Assembly: GCA_965200745.1 (NCBI GenBank)
Contig: CBDAUZ010000002.1
Coordinates: 287,847-351,846, forward strand
DNA length: 64,000 nucleotides
Direction of reading: 5' to 3'
Source of the DNA: Alphaproteobacteria bacterium
GTDB lineage: Bacteria; Pseudomonadota; Alphaproteobacteria; SP197
The position numbers and the translations under genes were made by a program. The notes under the pieces are model-generated. The model did no database searches, was not told the DNA's origin, and saw nothing but the letters and a program-made list of their open reading frames with translations. This document shows, piece by piece, positions 38,543 through 49,554 of the stretch (position 1 is its first letter; each line of letters opens with the position of its first letter).

Positions 38543-39609
38543 GCCAACCGCTGGTCAGATTGCACGACGTTCGCAAGGTCTATGGCAATCTGGTCGCACT
38601 CGACAATGTGAATCTGGCTATAGACCAGGGACAGTTCGTTGTTCTTCTCGGACCGTCCGGAAGCGGCAAGACGACGCTGCTCTCGATACTCGGCGGATTC
38701 ACGACACCGACATCCGGTCGGGTCATGATTGACGGTCAGGATGTGACATCGACTCCCCCTGCGCGACGCCCGACAGTCACGGTCTTCCAGGATTACGCCC
38801 TGTTTCCGCACATGAGTGTTCGCGACAACATCGGGTTCGGGCTTGCGATGCGCAAGGTGTCCAGATCCGCGCGCTACCGACGCGTGGAAGAGGTTCTGGC
38901 CACAGTCGGTCTCGAAGGCCTCGGCGAAAGAAAAATTCACCAGCTTTCAGGCGGTCAGCGCCAGCGCGTTGCCTTGGCCCGGGCCATTGTGGTTGAACCC
39001 GCGGTCCTGTTGCTCGATGAACCCCTGGGTGCTCTTGATCTGAAGATCAGGCAGCAAATGCAGGAGGAACTGGTTCAGATCCAGCGGCGAATTGCAACAA
39101 CATTCGTACACGTCACCCACGACCAGGACGAGGCCATGAACATCGGTGATATCGTCGTCGTGATCAACAATGGCTCCATAGAGGACGTCGGTCCGCCTGA
39201 GCGGGTTTACCTCAGGCCAGCCAGCCTGTTCACCGCCAGATTCATGGGTGACAGCAACATCCTTTCCGGCAAGGCAATTTCGGGGAACAGTGAACTAACA
39301 GCAATCGAAACCGCTCTCGGGTTTCTGACTGTTCGTGGTTGCGCCGAGACCGGATCAACGGCGCATCTGTCCGTCAGACCAGAGCACATCAGAGTGGGTT
39401 CTTCGGATCAGGAAGACATGATTTCGCTGGGCGAGGTCATCATCCAGGATATCGTGTTTCAAGGCGCACATCGGCGATGCCATGCCCGTTCCGGAACCAG
39501 TCAGGAGATCGAACTGTTGTTGCGTCTGCCAGCAGAGCAGTCGTTGACTCCGGGGGAAACCGTTCCCGTTCATGTACGGGCGCACGATCTTGTCCTGTTG
39601 CAAGACTGA
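38539..39609 (+). CDS. ABC transporter ATP-binding protein (PotA-like, with C-terminal TOBE/regulatory domain)
   Basis: Walker A GPSGSGKTT, LSGGQRQRVALARA, Walker B LLLDEP. Confidence 0.9.
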   Translation: MSQPLVRLHDVRKVYGNLVALDNVNLAIDQGQFVVLLGPSGSGKTTLLSILGGFTTPTSGRVMIDGQDVTSTPPARRPTVTVFQDYALFPHMSVRDNIGFGLAMRKVSRSARYRRVEEVLATVGLEGLGERKIHQLSGGQRQRVALARAIVVEPAVLLLDEPLGALDLKIRQQMQEELVQIQRRIATTFVHVTHDQDEAMNIGDIVVVINNGSIEDVGPPERVYLRPASLFTARFMGDSNILSGKAISGNSELTAIETALGFLTVRGCAETGSTAHLSVRPEHIRVGSSDQEDMISLGEVIIQDIVFQGAHRRCHARSGTSQEIELLLRLPAEQSLTPGETVPVHVRAHDLVLLQD

Positions 39610-39675
39610 TCGTGTCGTGGATTCCCTATCCATCCGTCTGCGAGCATTGCGGACCAGCGTGAGAGCCGCATAACG

Positions 39676-40323
39676 ATGCCTGACAACCGGTCACGAAAGA
39701 GAAATGCCCGGGCGGATGCCGTACTGGAGGTTGCTCTCGATCTCTTCTCTACCAAGGGCTATGCCGAAGTCACGATGCAGGAAATCGCACTGCGTGCAGA
39801 TACCACCTATTCCCTTGTGTACTACTACTACAAGAACAAGGAGGACCTGTTTCACGCAGCGGTGTCCTATGCGGTCGATCAGGCAATCGAGAACTACAAC
39901 CGGATCAACGCGGAGAAACACGCGTCACCGGTCGAACTGATCAACAATTGGCTCGAGAACAACATTACCTATTCGGAACCGCTCAAACGTGCTGTCAAGA
40001 TCATGTTCGAGTACTCTGACAAACGTGACGAATCGCCGTCCGTCGCAAGCGACATTGAATACTTCTACATGATCGAACGAAAGCTTCTGACCGACGGAAT
40101 ACGTCTCGGCGTGGAACAGGGTGTGTTCACATGTCATTCACCGGAAGACATTGCAGCATTTGTTTCGACCCACATCGACGGCATTTTCTATGGTGCCCTG
40201 GTTCGTCCCGAGCTGGACATCGAAACGGCAATGCAAGAACTCAGATCCATCCTGTGGCAGCTTCTCCGGTTTCAGCCTGAATCGTGCAGTCGGAACCGGT
40301 GTTCCCCGGAAACAGACAACTGA
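39676..40323 (+). CDS. TetR/AcrR family transcriptional regulator
   Basis: N-terminal HTH: LEVALDLFSTKGYAEVTMQEIALRADTTYSLVYYYYKNKEDLF. Confidence 0.85.
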   Translation: MPDNRSRKRNARADAVLEVALDLFSTKGYAEVTMQEIALRADTTYSLVYYYYKNKEDLFHAAVSYAVDQAIENYNRINAEKHASPVELINNWLENNITYSEPLKRAVKIMFEYSDKRDESPSVASDIEYFYMIERKLLTDGIRLGVEQGVFTCHSPEDIAAFVSTHIDGIFYGALVRPELDIETAMQELRSILWQLLRFQPESCSRNRCSPETDN

Positions 40324-40395
40324 GTGGCACGACAACCATGACTCATCGATTATCCTGCATGGGGCCGGAACAGGACGGTCAAGGGAGAACCTGCC

Positions 40396-40878
40396 ATGTG
40401 TAACGGATTGACGCATCTTGATCGTGACGGACGTGCGCGAATGGTTGACGTCTCGGCAAAGGACCGGACTGACCGAACCGCTGTAGCCGTTGGCAGAATC
40501 TTCATGCAACCGACAACACTCCGGGAAATCGCAAAAGGGTCGATCCCCAAGGGTGATGTGTTTGCTGTTGCCCGCATCGCCGGCATCATGGCGGCGAAAA
40601 ACACGGCAAACATGATTCCGCTGTGTCACCCTCTGAGTCTCTCGTCAGTGAAGGTCGAACTTGCAGCCAACGAGACCGATTCCTGTGTCGATATTTCCGC
40701 GACATGCAGCGTGAGCGACCGAACCGGCGTGGAAATGGAATCACTTGCTGCCGTTTCGATTGCTGCGCTGACAATCTACGACATGTGCAAGGCAATCGAC
40801 CGCGACATGGTTATCGGTGATGTTTGTCTGGTTGAAAAGCGCGGAGGCCGGACGGGAAGCTGGCAGCGCGAACGATGA
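40396..40878 (+). CDS. moaC: Cyclic pyranopterin monophosphate synthase
   Basis: MoaC sequence ([19 protein letters not shown]...). RBS AAGGGAGAA. Confidence 0.9.
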   Translation: MCNGLTHLDRDGRARMVDVSAKDRTDRTAVAVGRIFMQPTTLREIAKGSIPKGDVFAVARIAGIMAAKNTANMIPLCHPLSLSSVKVELAANETDSCVDISATCSVSDRTGVEMESLAAVSIAALTIYDMCKAIDRDMVIGDVCLVEKRGGRTGSWQRER

Positions 40879-42074
40879 TTTCAGTTCTTGAAGCACGACA
40901 GCGGATCCTCGATGCTCTTGTACCGCTGTCGACCGAACAGGTGTCCATTGCCGCTGCACATGGTCGCGTGCTGGCGCAGGACATCACGGCCCGTGTCACG
41001 AAGCCGCCACGAGACGTCTCCGCAATGGACGGTTACGCAGTTCGTGCGGCAGATGTTTGCCGCATTCCGGCCACACTGAAAATTGTTGGTGAAGCAGCTG
41101 CCGGCAAGGCGTCGGAAACACACGTCGGCGACGGTGAAGCCGTGCGCATCTTCACCGGCGGTCTTGTCCCGGATGGCGCGGATACAATCGTCATTCAGGA
41201 ACTGACTGAACGAGACGATGACATCATCAAAGTCAATCAACCGGTTGTCCGGGGACGATACATTCGCAAACGTGGACTGGACTTCCACGCGGGCGACTGC
41301 GCCGGACTCAAGGGCCGGCGTATGGGACCGCGCGAAATCGGTCTGATCGCCGCCATGAATGCAAGCTGGATCCAGGTCACGCGAAAACCCCGCATTGCGA
41401 TCCTGGGAACCGGTGACGAACTCGTGATGCCCGGGAATACCCCGAAACCCGACCAGATCGTCAGTTCGAACTCGCTTGTCCTTGCCTCGTTGGTACGGGA
41501 ATGCGGCGGAACGCCGATCGATCTTGGCCTCGCACGTGACGACGCGAAGACCTTGCGCGCAATCATTCAAAGTGCGCACGATTGTGACATGCTTGTTGTG
41601 ACAGGCGGAATGTCGGTTGGCGAACACGACCTCGTCCGTCAGGTCATGGCCGATGAAGGTCTTGATCTCGACTTCTGGAAAATTGCCATGCGCCCCGGAA
41701 AGCCACTGGCCTTCGGCATGTACGGGCGTGTTCCGATGCTGGGATTCCCGGGAAATCCTGTCTCCACACTCGTTTGTGGTCACATTTTCCTGCGCCCGGC
41801 GATTTCACGAATGCTCGGTGAAGATCCCGCCAGCCGGCATCCCGTGACCGAAACTGTGGTGGTCGGGGCGGATCTGCGGGAAAACGACGAACGGGAGGAC
41901 TATCTGCGTGCACGCCTCGAACCGACAAACGATGGCGCACGCATCGCTGTACCGTTCGCGCGGCAGGACAGTTCCATGATGGCAAATCTTGCGCAGGCTT
42001 CCTGCCTGATCATCCGCATGCCCTTCGCACCTCCGGTCCGAACCGGGGAGATGGTCGACGTCGTTCTACTTTAG
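40875..42074 (+). CDS. moeA: Molybdopterin molybdotransferase
   Basis: MoeA N-terminus and MoCF-biosynthesis domain. ATGA overlap with moaC. Confidence 0.9.
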   Translation: MISVLEARQRILDALVPLSTEQVSIAAAHGRVLAQDITARVTKPPRDVSAMDGYAVRAADVCRIPATLKIVGEAAAGKASETHVGDGEAVRIFTGGLVPDGADTIVIQELTERDDDIIKVNQPVVRGRYIRKRGLDFHAGDCAGLKGRRMGPREIGLIAAMNASWIQVTRKPRIAILGTGDELVMPGNTPKPDQIVSSNSLVLASLVRECGGTPIDLGLARDDAKTLRAIIQSAHDCDMLVVTGGMSVGEHDLVRQVMADEGLDLDFWKIAMRPGKPLAFGMYGRVPMLGFPGNPVSTLVCGHIFLRPAISRMLGEDPASRHPVTETVVVGADLRENDEREDYLRARLEPTNDGARIAVPFARQDSSMMANLAQASCLIIRMPFAPPVRTGEMVDVVLL

Positions 42075-42185
42075 AAATGCGTCGTCGGCGCGCTCCTTTG
42101 ATCGACAACAGAACACGTGACGGAAGTCTCCGTCGAAAAGCGCTGGTATCCTGTCGATGAGCATTGAACAATTGACTTGGCATGT

Positions 42186-42200
42186 GAACACTTGTAGAAC
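42186..42200. promoter_or_regulatory. Alphaproteobacterial LexA (SOS) box GAAC-N7-GAAC upstream of lexA
   Basis: GAACACTTGTAGAAC lies 44 nt upstream of the lexA ATG. It matches the GTTCN7GTTC consensus read on the opposite strand. Confidence 0.65.
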
Positions 42201-42243
42201 ATTCGATACAAGACACTGCAAAATCCGAATGGAACATTCGACA

Positions 42244-42894
42244 ATGCTAACGCCAAAACAGCATAAGTTGCTCCTGTTCATTCATAAGAACCTCCAGGAA
42301 AACGGAGTCTCGCCATCATACGAAGAGATGTGTGAGGCAATCGGTGTTCGTTCCAAGTCCGGCATTCATCGCATGGTTGTGTCGTTACAGGAACGCCAGT
42401 TCCTGCGGCGCCTTCCCTATCGTGCGCGCGCGCTCGAAATTCTGCGTCTGCCGCAGAATGTCAGTAGCGACCAGGAGGGCTATGCCGTTGCACCAGATGC
42501 GGCCAATGACAACACCGTGTATATCTCGATGCACGGGCGAATCGCTGCCGGCACGCCTATCGAGGCCATCAGTGACCCGTCTTTTGTTGTCGGCGTACCC
42601 GCCAACATCGTCGGGGGACGGAATTGCTATGCGCTCGAGGTCGAGGGCGACTCGATGGTTGATCTCGGCATTCTCGACGGCGACACGATCATCGTTGAAC
42701 GTTCCGAAGACGCGGAAAGCGGATCGATTGTCGTCGCACTGATCGACGATCAGGAAGCCACTCTGAAACGCCTGGTTCGCAGGGAAGGGAAGATAGCTCT
42801 CGAAGCTGCCAACCCCGCATACAGCCCGCAAGTCTACCATCCTGATCGCGTCAAGATTCAGGGCTGTCTTGCCGGTCTTCTCCGTCACTATTGA
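42244..42894 (+). CDS. lexA: LexA repressor
   Basis: N-terminal wHTH (LTPKQHKLLLFIHKNLQENGVSPSYEEM), S24 peptidase domain with GDSM and the catalytic Lys region. Confidence 0.9.
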   Translation: MLTPKQHKLLLFIHKNLQENGVSPSYEEMCEAIGVRSKSGIHRMVVSLQERQFLRRLPYRARALEILRLPQNVSSDQEGYAVAPDAANDNTVYISMHGRIAAGTPIEAISDPSFVVGVPANIVGGRNCYALEVEGDSMVDLGILDGDTIIVERSEDAESGSIVVALIDDQEATLKRLVRREGKIALEAANPAYSPQVYHPDRVKIQGCLAGLLRHY

Positions 42895-42965
42895 CTGAAT
42901 TCCGATGAAAAACGACCGATTGTGGGTCGAACAGTTCAGCGCGGGCGACCTGCAGTCCTGAATTC

Positions 42966-44402
42966 ATGTCTTCTGTCGTAACACGATTTGCTCCGTCACC
43001 GACGGGGTTCCTGCATATTGGCGGCGCACGAACGGCGCTGTTCAACTGGCTCTATGCACGCCACTTTGACGGCGCGTTCCTGTTGCGTATCGAAGACACC
43101 GACCGACAACGATCATCGCAGGAAGCAACGGACGCCATCTTCAGCAGTCTGCGTTGGCTCGGTCTGGAATGGGACGCGCCACCGGTGTTTCAGAGCACCC
43201 GTGCCGCCCGTCATGCTGAATCAGCGCGACGCCTGCTGGCAGAAGGTCGCGCCTATCGCTGTTACGCCACGGCTGAGGAATTGCAGGAAATGCGGGAAAC
43301 CGCAAAACGCGAGCATCGGCGACCCAGATATGATGGGCGATGGCGTGACAGGGATCCGGCAGATGCACCGGCAGGTGTTCGTCCGGTCATTCGCCTGAAG
43401 ATGCCGCAATCAGGTCACACGATGATCAACGATCGCGTTCAGGGTGAAGTCGTGTTCGCGAACAGCGAACTCGACGACATGATACTGCTGAGATCGGATG
43501 GTACCCCGACGTACCTCCTGGCCGTTGTCGTGGACGATCATGATTCCTGTGTCTCGCACGTCATTCGCGGTGACGATCACCTGACCAATGCCGCACGCCA
43601 GAGCCAGATTTGTCGTGCCCTTGGCTGGCCGGAACCCGTGTATGCACACATACCACTCATTCACGGTCCGGACGGCGGTCGGATGTCAAAACGGCATGGC
43701 AGCATCAGCGTCGAACAGTACCGCGAACAGGGTTTTCTGCCGGAAGCTGTTTGTAATTACCTGATGCGGCTTGGCTGGAGTCATGGCGATAACGAGATCT
43801 TTTCCACGGACCAGGCGATCGACTGGTTCGACCTGCCGGCAGTCGGCCGGTCGGCAGCCCGGTTTGATCTCGCAAGGCTCACAACCGTCAACGTGCAATA
43901 CCTCAAGACAGCGGATGACCAGCGGCTGGCGAACCTGACGGCACAACTCTTGACAGACACGCTGGGGCGCGAACTGATATCAGATGAAATCGCACTGCTC
44001 GCGCAGGCCATGCCTGCCATGAAGGAACGCAATCGAACGCTCGTGGAACTCGCAAACAGCGCGTTGTTTTTCTTTCAACGCCGCCCCCTTCAATACAACG
44101 ACAAGGCGGCAAAGTTCCTGATTGCCGCACGCGGCATCCTTGGCGATCTTCATTCCAGCCTGAACACGATCGGGAACTGGACAAAGGAAGAACTCGAGAC
44201 ATGCGTTCGGGACGTGGCTGATACCCGTGCGCTCGGTCTGGGCAAGGTCGCGCAACCGCTGCGCGCGGCTCTCACCGGAAGCAATGTCTCCCCGCCGATC
44301 TTTGATGTGCTTTATTTCCTGGGTCGCGAAGAATCACTTGGTCGACTGGCAGACGGGATTGCGTACAGCAAAGGGAATCTATCCGGACAGGAATGCGACT
44401 GA
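42966..44402 (+). CDS. gltX: Glutamate--tRNA ligase
   Basis: RFAPSPTGFLHIGGARTALFNW (HIGH) and KMSKR motifs. Confidence 0.93.
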   Translation: MSSVVTRFAPSPTGFLHIGGARTALFNWLYARHFDGAFLLRIEDTDRQRSSQEATDAIFSSLRWLGLEWDAPPVFQSTRAARHAESARRLLAEGRAYRCYATAEELQEMRETAKREHRRPRYDGRWRDRDPADAPAGVRPVIRLKMPQSGHTMINDRVQGEVVFANSELDDMILLRSDGTPTYLLAVVVDDHDSCVSHVIRGDDHLTNAARQSQICRALGWPEPVYAHIPLIHGPDGGRMSKRHGSISVEQYREQGFLPEAVCNYLMRLGWSHGDNEIFSTDQAIDWFDLPAVGRSAARFDLARLTTVNVQYLKTADDQRLANLTAQLLTDTLGRELISDEIALLAQAMPAMKERNRTLVELANSALFFFQRRPLQYNDKAAKFLIAARGILGDLHSSLNTIGNWTKEELETCVRDVADTRALGLGKVAQPLRAALTGSNVSPPIFDVLYFLGREESLGRLADGIAYSKGNLSGQECD

Positions 44403-44501
44403 TATCCCCGCAGTGATCGCGGACAGTGACGTAGACCGCAGTTTTCAGGTAAACAGGTCAGTCAGAACGAATGAAACCATCCGCCAAGCAAGGCAGGAGA
44501 G

Positions 44502-45839
44502 ATGAACAGCAAGCAGCACGGCCACGTACCAACGGGTCCCCGGAAAGTCAGAGATGTCAACCTGGTTGATTCCGGTACCGGTGAAATCCTCGCCAGATTA
44601 CCCATACTTGAGGGAACAAAGGGATCGACGGTTGTTGACGTCCGAACACTGCATCAGCAATCCGGCCTGTTCTGCTATGACCCCGGGTACACGGCGACCG
44701 CAAGTTGCGAGTCCAAGATCACCTATGTGGACGGCTCGAATGGCGAACTCCTTTACCGTGGCTACCCGATCGATCAACTCGCGCAACATTCAAGTTTTCT
44801 GGAAGTTTGCTACCTGATCCTTAACGGTGAACTTCCGCGCGCAGACGAACTGGCCAAGTTCGACTGGACCATCACGAACCACACGATGATCCACGAGCAG
44901 GTTAATTTCCTGTTCCGTGGATTCCGGCGTGATGCACACCCCATGGCGTTGCTGGTCGGCGTTGTCGGTGCTCTGTCTGCGTTTTACCCCAAGAGCTCCA
45001 ACGTCAATGACCCGCAAGAACGGATGACTGCCGCGATACGCCTCATTGCGAAGCTGCCCACCATCGCGGCGATGACCTACAAATGGTCGATAGGACAACC
45101 ATTTGTGTATCCCCGTAACGATCTCGGGTATGCGGCCAACTTCTTGCACATGATGTTCTCGGTGCCCTGCGAAACCTACGAAGTCAATCCGGTGTTCGAA
45201 CGCGCCATGGATCTCATCCTCGTGCTGCATGCTGATCACGAGCAAAACGCGTCGACATCGACTGTACGTCTGACGGGATCTTCTGGCGCCAACCCGTTTG
45301 CATGCGTGTCGGCAGGTATCGCAAGTCTTTGGGGACCCGCACACGGCGGAGCCAACGAGGCGGTGCTGCAGATGCTTGAGGACATTGGTGAATTCGACCA
45401 GATTTCAGCGTTCCTCGATCGCGCCAAAGACCGGGATGATTCGTTCAGACTCATGGGTTTCGGGCACAGGGTTTACAAGAGTTATGATCCGCGTGCAGTC
45501 ATTCTGCGCGACGCGTGCCATCAGGTCCTTGATCAGATCGATAACCGTGATGAACCGCTTTTGCGGATTGCCGTGGAACTGGAGAGGATAGCATTGGCTG
45601 ATTCCTACTTTGTCGATCGGGGGTTGTATCCGAACGTGGACTTCTATTCGGGTGTGATCCTGCGGGCCATGGGCATCCCAAGGCGCCTGTTTACCGCCGT
45701 CTTCGCAGTGGCGCGTACTGTCGGCTGGATTGCCCAGTGGAACGAGATGCACCTCGATCGGTCACAAAAGATCGGGCGACCACGCCAGGTCTATTCCGGC
45801 AAGCTCAAACGCGATTTTGTGCCCGTCGATCAGCGGTGA
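44502..45839 (+). CDS. gltA: Citrate synthase (type II)
   Basis: GFGHRVYK signature, 445 aa. Confidence 0.93.
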   Translation: MNSKQHGHVPTGPRKVRDVNLVDSGTGEILARLPILEGTKGSTVVDVRTLHQQSGLFCYDPGYTATASCESKITYVDGSNGELLYRGYPIDQLAQHSSFLEVCYLILNGELPRADELAKFDWTITNHTMIHEQVNFLFRGFRRDAHPMALLVGVVGALSAFYPKSSNVNDPQERMTAAIRLIAKLPTIAAMTYKWSIGQPFVYPRNDLGYAANFLHMMFSVPCETYEVNPVFERAMDLILVLHADHEQNASTSTVRLTGSSGANPFACVSAGIASLWGPAHGGANEAVLQMLEDIGEFDQISAFLDRAKDRDDSFRLMGFGHRVYKSYDPRAVILRDACHQVLDQIDNRDEPLLRIAVELERIALADSYFVDRGLYPNVDFYSGVILRAMGIPRRLFTAVFAVARTVGWIAQWNEMHLDRSQKIGRPRQVYSGKLKRDFVPVDQR

Positions 45840-45919
45840 TTTCAACACCACGATCTGCCGGAACGTTTGATGTTTCACCGTCCGCGACCGCTGCGGGGTG
45901 TACCTGAAGGGAACAACAC

Positions 45920-46339
45920 ATGCGCTATCTGCACACCATGGTCCGTGTACGCGACATCGACGAATCGCTCGATTTCTACTGTAACAAGCTCGGCCTGAAA
46001 GAGATGGACCGATATGAGAACGAGAAGGGTCGATTCACTCTGGTCTTTCTCGGCGCCGAAGAGAATCCGGATGCCCAGATTGAGCTGACCTACAACTGGG
46101 ACCCCGAAGAATACGGGGGCGGCCGCAACTTCGGACATCTGGCCTATGAGGTCGACGACATCTACGGACTTTGCGAAAGTCTCATGAACGCAGGTGTCGT
46201 GATCAATCGGCCGCCACGCGACGGTCACATGGCGTTTGTGCGTTCACCCGACGGAATTTCGGTAGAACTCCTGCAGAAGGGTGAAAGCCTTCCCCCTGCA
46301 GAGCCCTGGTCAAGTATGGGAAACACCGGACAGTGGTAA
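45920..46339 (+). CDS. gloA: Lactoylglutathione lyase (glyoxalase I, VOC family)
   Basis: MRYLHTMVRVRDIDESLDFY N-terminus typical of GloA. Confidence 0.85.
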   Translation: MRYLHTMVRVRDIDESLDFYCNKLGLKEMDRYENEKGRFTLVFLGAEENPDAQIELTYNWDPEEYGGGRNFGHLAYEVDDIYGLCESLMNAGVVINRPPRDGHMAFVRSPDGISVELLQKGESLPPAEPWSSMGNTGQW

Positions 46340-46361
46340 GGTCTCCTCCCCTGTCGCCGGT

Positions 46362-47507
46362 TCATGACCGTTCGATGCTCGTGAGAATGTAACGCGCAAA
46401 GTCCAGATTTTGCTTCTCCAGCCAGCTTAACGGGCCCGGTTTTGCGAGCGGTGCGCGGACGCCGTTATAGAGGTCTTCCACGACAACACGGTCTTCTTCG
46501 TTTGTCCTGTCGAGAAAGCGCTTTGCTTCCGCAATCTTCTCGTCGACGTTTTCTGTATCGTCCATGACTTCCGGAGCAAACGCGAGACCATAGAGAACGT
46601 CGATCTCCCCTGGCGACCGCGGTTGCAGACTCAGATACCAGAGATGATCCGGTCCCAACACGAACATGTGGCATGGATAGACGGTTCCGAGGACCGATGT
46701 ACGGCGCCTCTTGCCCCGTAGCCGCTTGTTGGCGCGATGCGCGGTCCCGACAGGTGCGTCACTGTCCTTGGTAAACCACTGGTGGGTATAACCGTCACCA
46801 GCCTTCCCGAACCGTGTGTCGTCCACCGGAAAATAGGCACCGACCGTCTTTCGATGTGTAAACGGAAGATGATATCCTTCCATGAAATTCTCTGTGAGAA
46901 GCTTCCAGTTTGTCTTCCAGACGTGTTCCTGTCGGTCAACTTCCACGTAGTCTGATGCGTGATAGGGACGCATAATCCGTTCAAGACCGGCAAGTCTCCT
47001 CTCCGGTTCGGGAATTTCCGGGTTCATCGTGACGTAGATCCAGCCCTGCCACACGGCACACCTGATCTCCGGCAACGCCAGCGCCGTCTTATCAAACAGA
47101 CAATTTTCTTGCATGTGTTGCGCGGCGACGAGCCTGCCGTCAATCTCATACGTCCAGGCGTGATAGGGGCAAACGATTCGACGACATTTTCCCTTGCCGC
47201 TCACAAGCTTCATCATCCGGTGAAGGCAAACATTCGAGAGTGCCCTGATCGAACGATCACGCTGCCTGATGACGATGACAGGCTGCCGGTTCAAACGGGC
47301 AGTTATGTACTCTCCTGGCTCGCTGATACTCTCGGCCCGCCCAACGCAATGCCACTCCCGGCCGAAAATCCTCTCCCATTCAAGGTCAAGAAATTCTTGT
47401 GAGGAGTAGACTTCAGGCGGCATTGTGCGTGCACAGGCGGGTTCGTTCCCGATGTTTCGACGCATCGACTTGACGATGAGATGAATTTCCGACGACATGA
47501 CCTGCAC
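46362..47507 (-). CDS. Rieske [2Fe-2S] domain oxygenase, stand-alone alpha-subunit-like (GbcA/demethylase-type)
   Basis: CLHRMMKL...CPYHAWTY Rieske motif and a catalytic mononuclear iron domain. Confidence 0.8.
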   Translation of the reverse strand: MQVMSSEIHLIVKSMRRNIGNEPACARTMPPEVYSSQEFLDLEWERIFGREWHCVGRAESISEPGEYITARLNRQPVIVIRQRDRSIRALSNVCLHRMMKLVSGKGKCRRIVCPYHAWTYEIDGRLVAAQHMQENCLFDKTALALPEIRCAVWQGWIYVTMNPEIPEPERRLAGLERIMRPYHASDYVEVDRQEHVWKTNWKLLTENFMEGYHLPFTHRKTVGAYFPVDDTRFGKAGDGYTHQWFTKDSDAPVGTAHRANKRLRGKRRRTSVLGTVYPCHMFVLGPDHLWYLSLQPRSPGEIDVLYGLAFAPEVMDDTENVDEKIAEAKRFLDRTNEEDRVVVEDLYNGVRAPLAKPGPLSWLEKQNLDFARYILTSIERS

Positions 47508-47573
47508 AGTTGTGTCCTCGCTTGGCTAAGGTGCTGAAAAGTACGGTGAAGCGTTACGCAATGACAACCCGCA

Positions 47574-48809
47574 TCATGAGATAAACTCGAGAATATTGTG
47601 CGCCGCCATGTCGGACGATGAACCGCACGGATGACGCAGGGAAGCAATCACCTTCCGGAATTCCCTGCACTGCCCCGAACGGAGTCGATCGTCGTGAAGA
47701 AGTGCCGTCACGGCGTCAGAAACAGCATCAACCGTAAACGCGTCCTGAATGAACTCGGGCGTCACCTGCTTGTCCGCCAGGATGTTGACCAACGACAGGA
47801 AACTGGCATTCGACAGGCGTCGAAACCGTGCGGCTGACATCCGGTCAGCGCGACCAACGACGACATGCGGCGTACCGGCAGCCGCAAGTTCCAGTGCTGC
47901 CGATCCAAGTTTCGCGACTGCGGCATCGGCGATTGTCATCAGCGCGACTCGTTTATCGGCATTGGCCGCCTCGACAATCACCCGTACATTCCAGGATTGC
48001 AGCGCGTTTCGCAGCCGGTCTGCCACGCCTTCGACGGTCGGAACAACATAGACGATCTCGGGAAAAAACTGAGCCAGTCGCTCTGCAACCCCCCTGACAA
48101 GAGGAAGCTGATTTCTGATTTCCGCATCGCGACTTCCCGGCATCAATAACACGATCGGTCCAGTCCGACCGTCGAGAATTCTGGCGCGTTCCCGCGCCGG
48201 GCAATCGGGAATTGTCAATCCCGAAACCCGGTGGCCAACAAAGACCGCATCCTGGCTCACCGCATCCCACCACGGTTTCTCGAAAGGAAACAGCAGCAGA
48301 AGCCGGTCGAACAGGCCCGCGATCCGTTGTGTACGCTCTGACTTCCATAACCAGACAGTGGGCGCAACATACTGGATGACCGGGCACGGCGCCGGGTAAA
48401 GCCGCCGGGCAAACTGGTAGGCAAATTCCTGCGAATCAACGGTCACCACGACCGCCGGACGTTGTGTCCGCACAGCGGCAACAGCCTGCCGTATTCGACG
48501 GAGGATTGTTGCGAGACGCAACAAGACGTCCAGATAACCGGTAACCGCCAGATCCGTCATCGGAAACATGGGTTCAAACCCTTCGGCTTCCATTTCGGGT
48601 CCGCCGACGCCCGCAAACCTGACATGTCCGCCGGTCTGGTTGATCAGGCTGCGCATGAGCCCTGCACCAAGAACATCACCCGATGGCTCACCGGCAACTA
48701 TGAAAATCAGAGGGGCAGGCACCGTATGGTCACCGATCGACGAGATGGCATCCTTCCAGAAACAGGCCATTCCTGTTTGCGAGGGCAATTGTCTTTTCCC
48801 GCTCGACAA
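47574..48809 (-). CDS. lpxB: Lipid-A-disaccharide synthase
   Basis: IFIVAGEPSGD N-terminus. The start is likely downstream of the ORF-track start (for example Met at 48770). Confidence 0.9.
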   Translation of the reverse strand: MSSGKRQLPSQTGMACFWKDAISSIGDHTVPAPLIFIVAGEPSGDVLGAGLMRSLINQTGGHVRFAGVGGPEMEAEGFEPMFPMTDLAVTGYLDVLLRLATILRRIRQAVAAVRTQRPAVVVTVDSQEFAYQFARRLYPAPCPVIQYVAPTVWLWKSERTQRIAGLFDRLLLLFPFEKPWWDAVSQDAVFVGHRVSGLTIPDCPARERARILDGRTGPIVLLMPGSRDAEIRNQLPLVRGVAERLAQFFPEIVYVVPTVEGVADRLRNALQSWNVRVIVEAANADKRVALMTIADAAVAKLGSAALELAAAGTPHVVVGRADRMSAARFRRLSNASFLSLVNILADKQVTPEFIQDAFTVDAVSDAVTALLHDDRLRSGQCREFRKVIASLRHPCGSSSDMAAHNILEFIS

Positions 48810-49554
48810 TCAGTGACTCACCCGCTTCGATGACTATGCCGGAAAAGCCCGATTCCACGCACAGTTGCACCGTTGTGGTACCAACCGTGGGAAGATCCGC
48901 GCGCCGATCCTGATCCGGATACCTGATCTTCACGAGTATCGGACCGGGTCCGGACCGCTTCAGACTCCCGCAGCGCCTGATCAACGCATCCGTTCCTTCA
49001 ACCGCTTCCAGACCGAGCACCATACCCTGTTGCACGACGATGGATTGACCAAACTCGAATGATCCGAGCGCATCAAGAATTGATGCTCCGTGGTGAATAT
49101 CCTCCCGTTGTTCCTCGTCCGGGCCGCGTTCTGTCAACACACCGGCAGGCGCAAGTAACGAATGAACAATCTCATCGACTCCGACGATACGACCCGCCCC
49201 GTGCTCCTCGAACAGTCTGATGACAAGCTTGAGCAACGAACCGTCTCCAAGTCGCAGGTCACGGCGTTTCATGAGATGATGCGCGTTTCCGTTCTGCGGC
49301 AACGTGTCTGCCGACGGCCGGCGCACGGTTCCGGTGAGAACGATTTCCTCGACACTTTCGTTCCTGAATATTTCAAGTGCGCCTGGCACGTCCCAGAGAT
49401 CGAGCCAGTGCGGATCATGCGACGTGACGATGTCGGGGTCCGCATGGTCCCGCAACGCCAGCAGGACACTTGCCCGACCCTGTTCCTTCACTGTTTGCGC
49501 CACGATACCCGGAAGTGCACCACCCCCGGCAATGATGCCGAGTTTAGGCAACAT
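48730..49554 (-). CDS. lpxI: UDP-2,3-diacylglucosamine pyrophosphatase LpxI (DUF1009)
   Basis: Position between lpxA and lpxB, GIIAGGGALP N-terminal motif. Confidence 0.8.
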   Translation of the reverse strand: MLPKLGIIAGGGALPGIVAQTVKEQGRASVLLALRDHADPDIVTSHDPHWLDLWDVPGALEIFRNESVEEIVLTGTVRRPSADTLPQNGNAHHLMKRRDLRLGDGSLLKLVIRLFEEHGAGRIVGVDEIVHSLLAPAGVLTERGPDEEQREDIHHGASILDALGSFEFGQSIVVQQGMVLGLEAVEGTDALIRRCGSLKRSGPGPILVKIRYPDQDRRADLPTVGTTTVQLCVESGFSGIVIEAGESLIVEREKTIALANRNGLFLEGCHLVDR

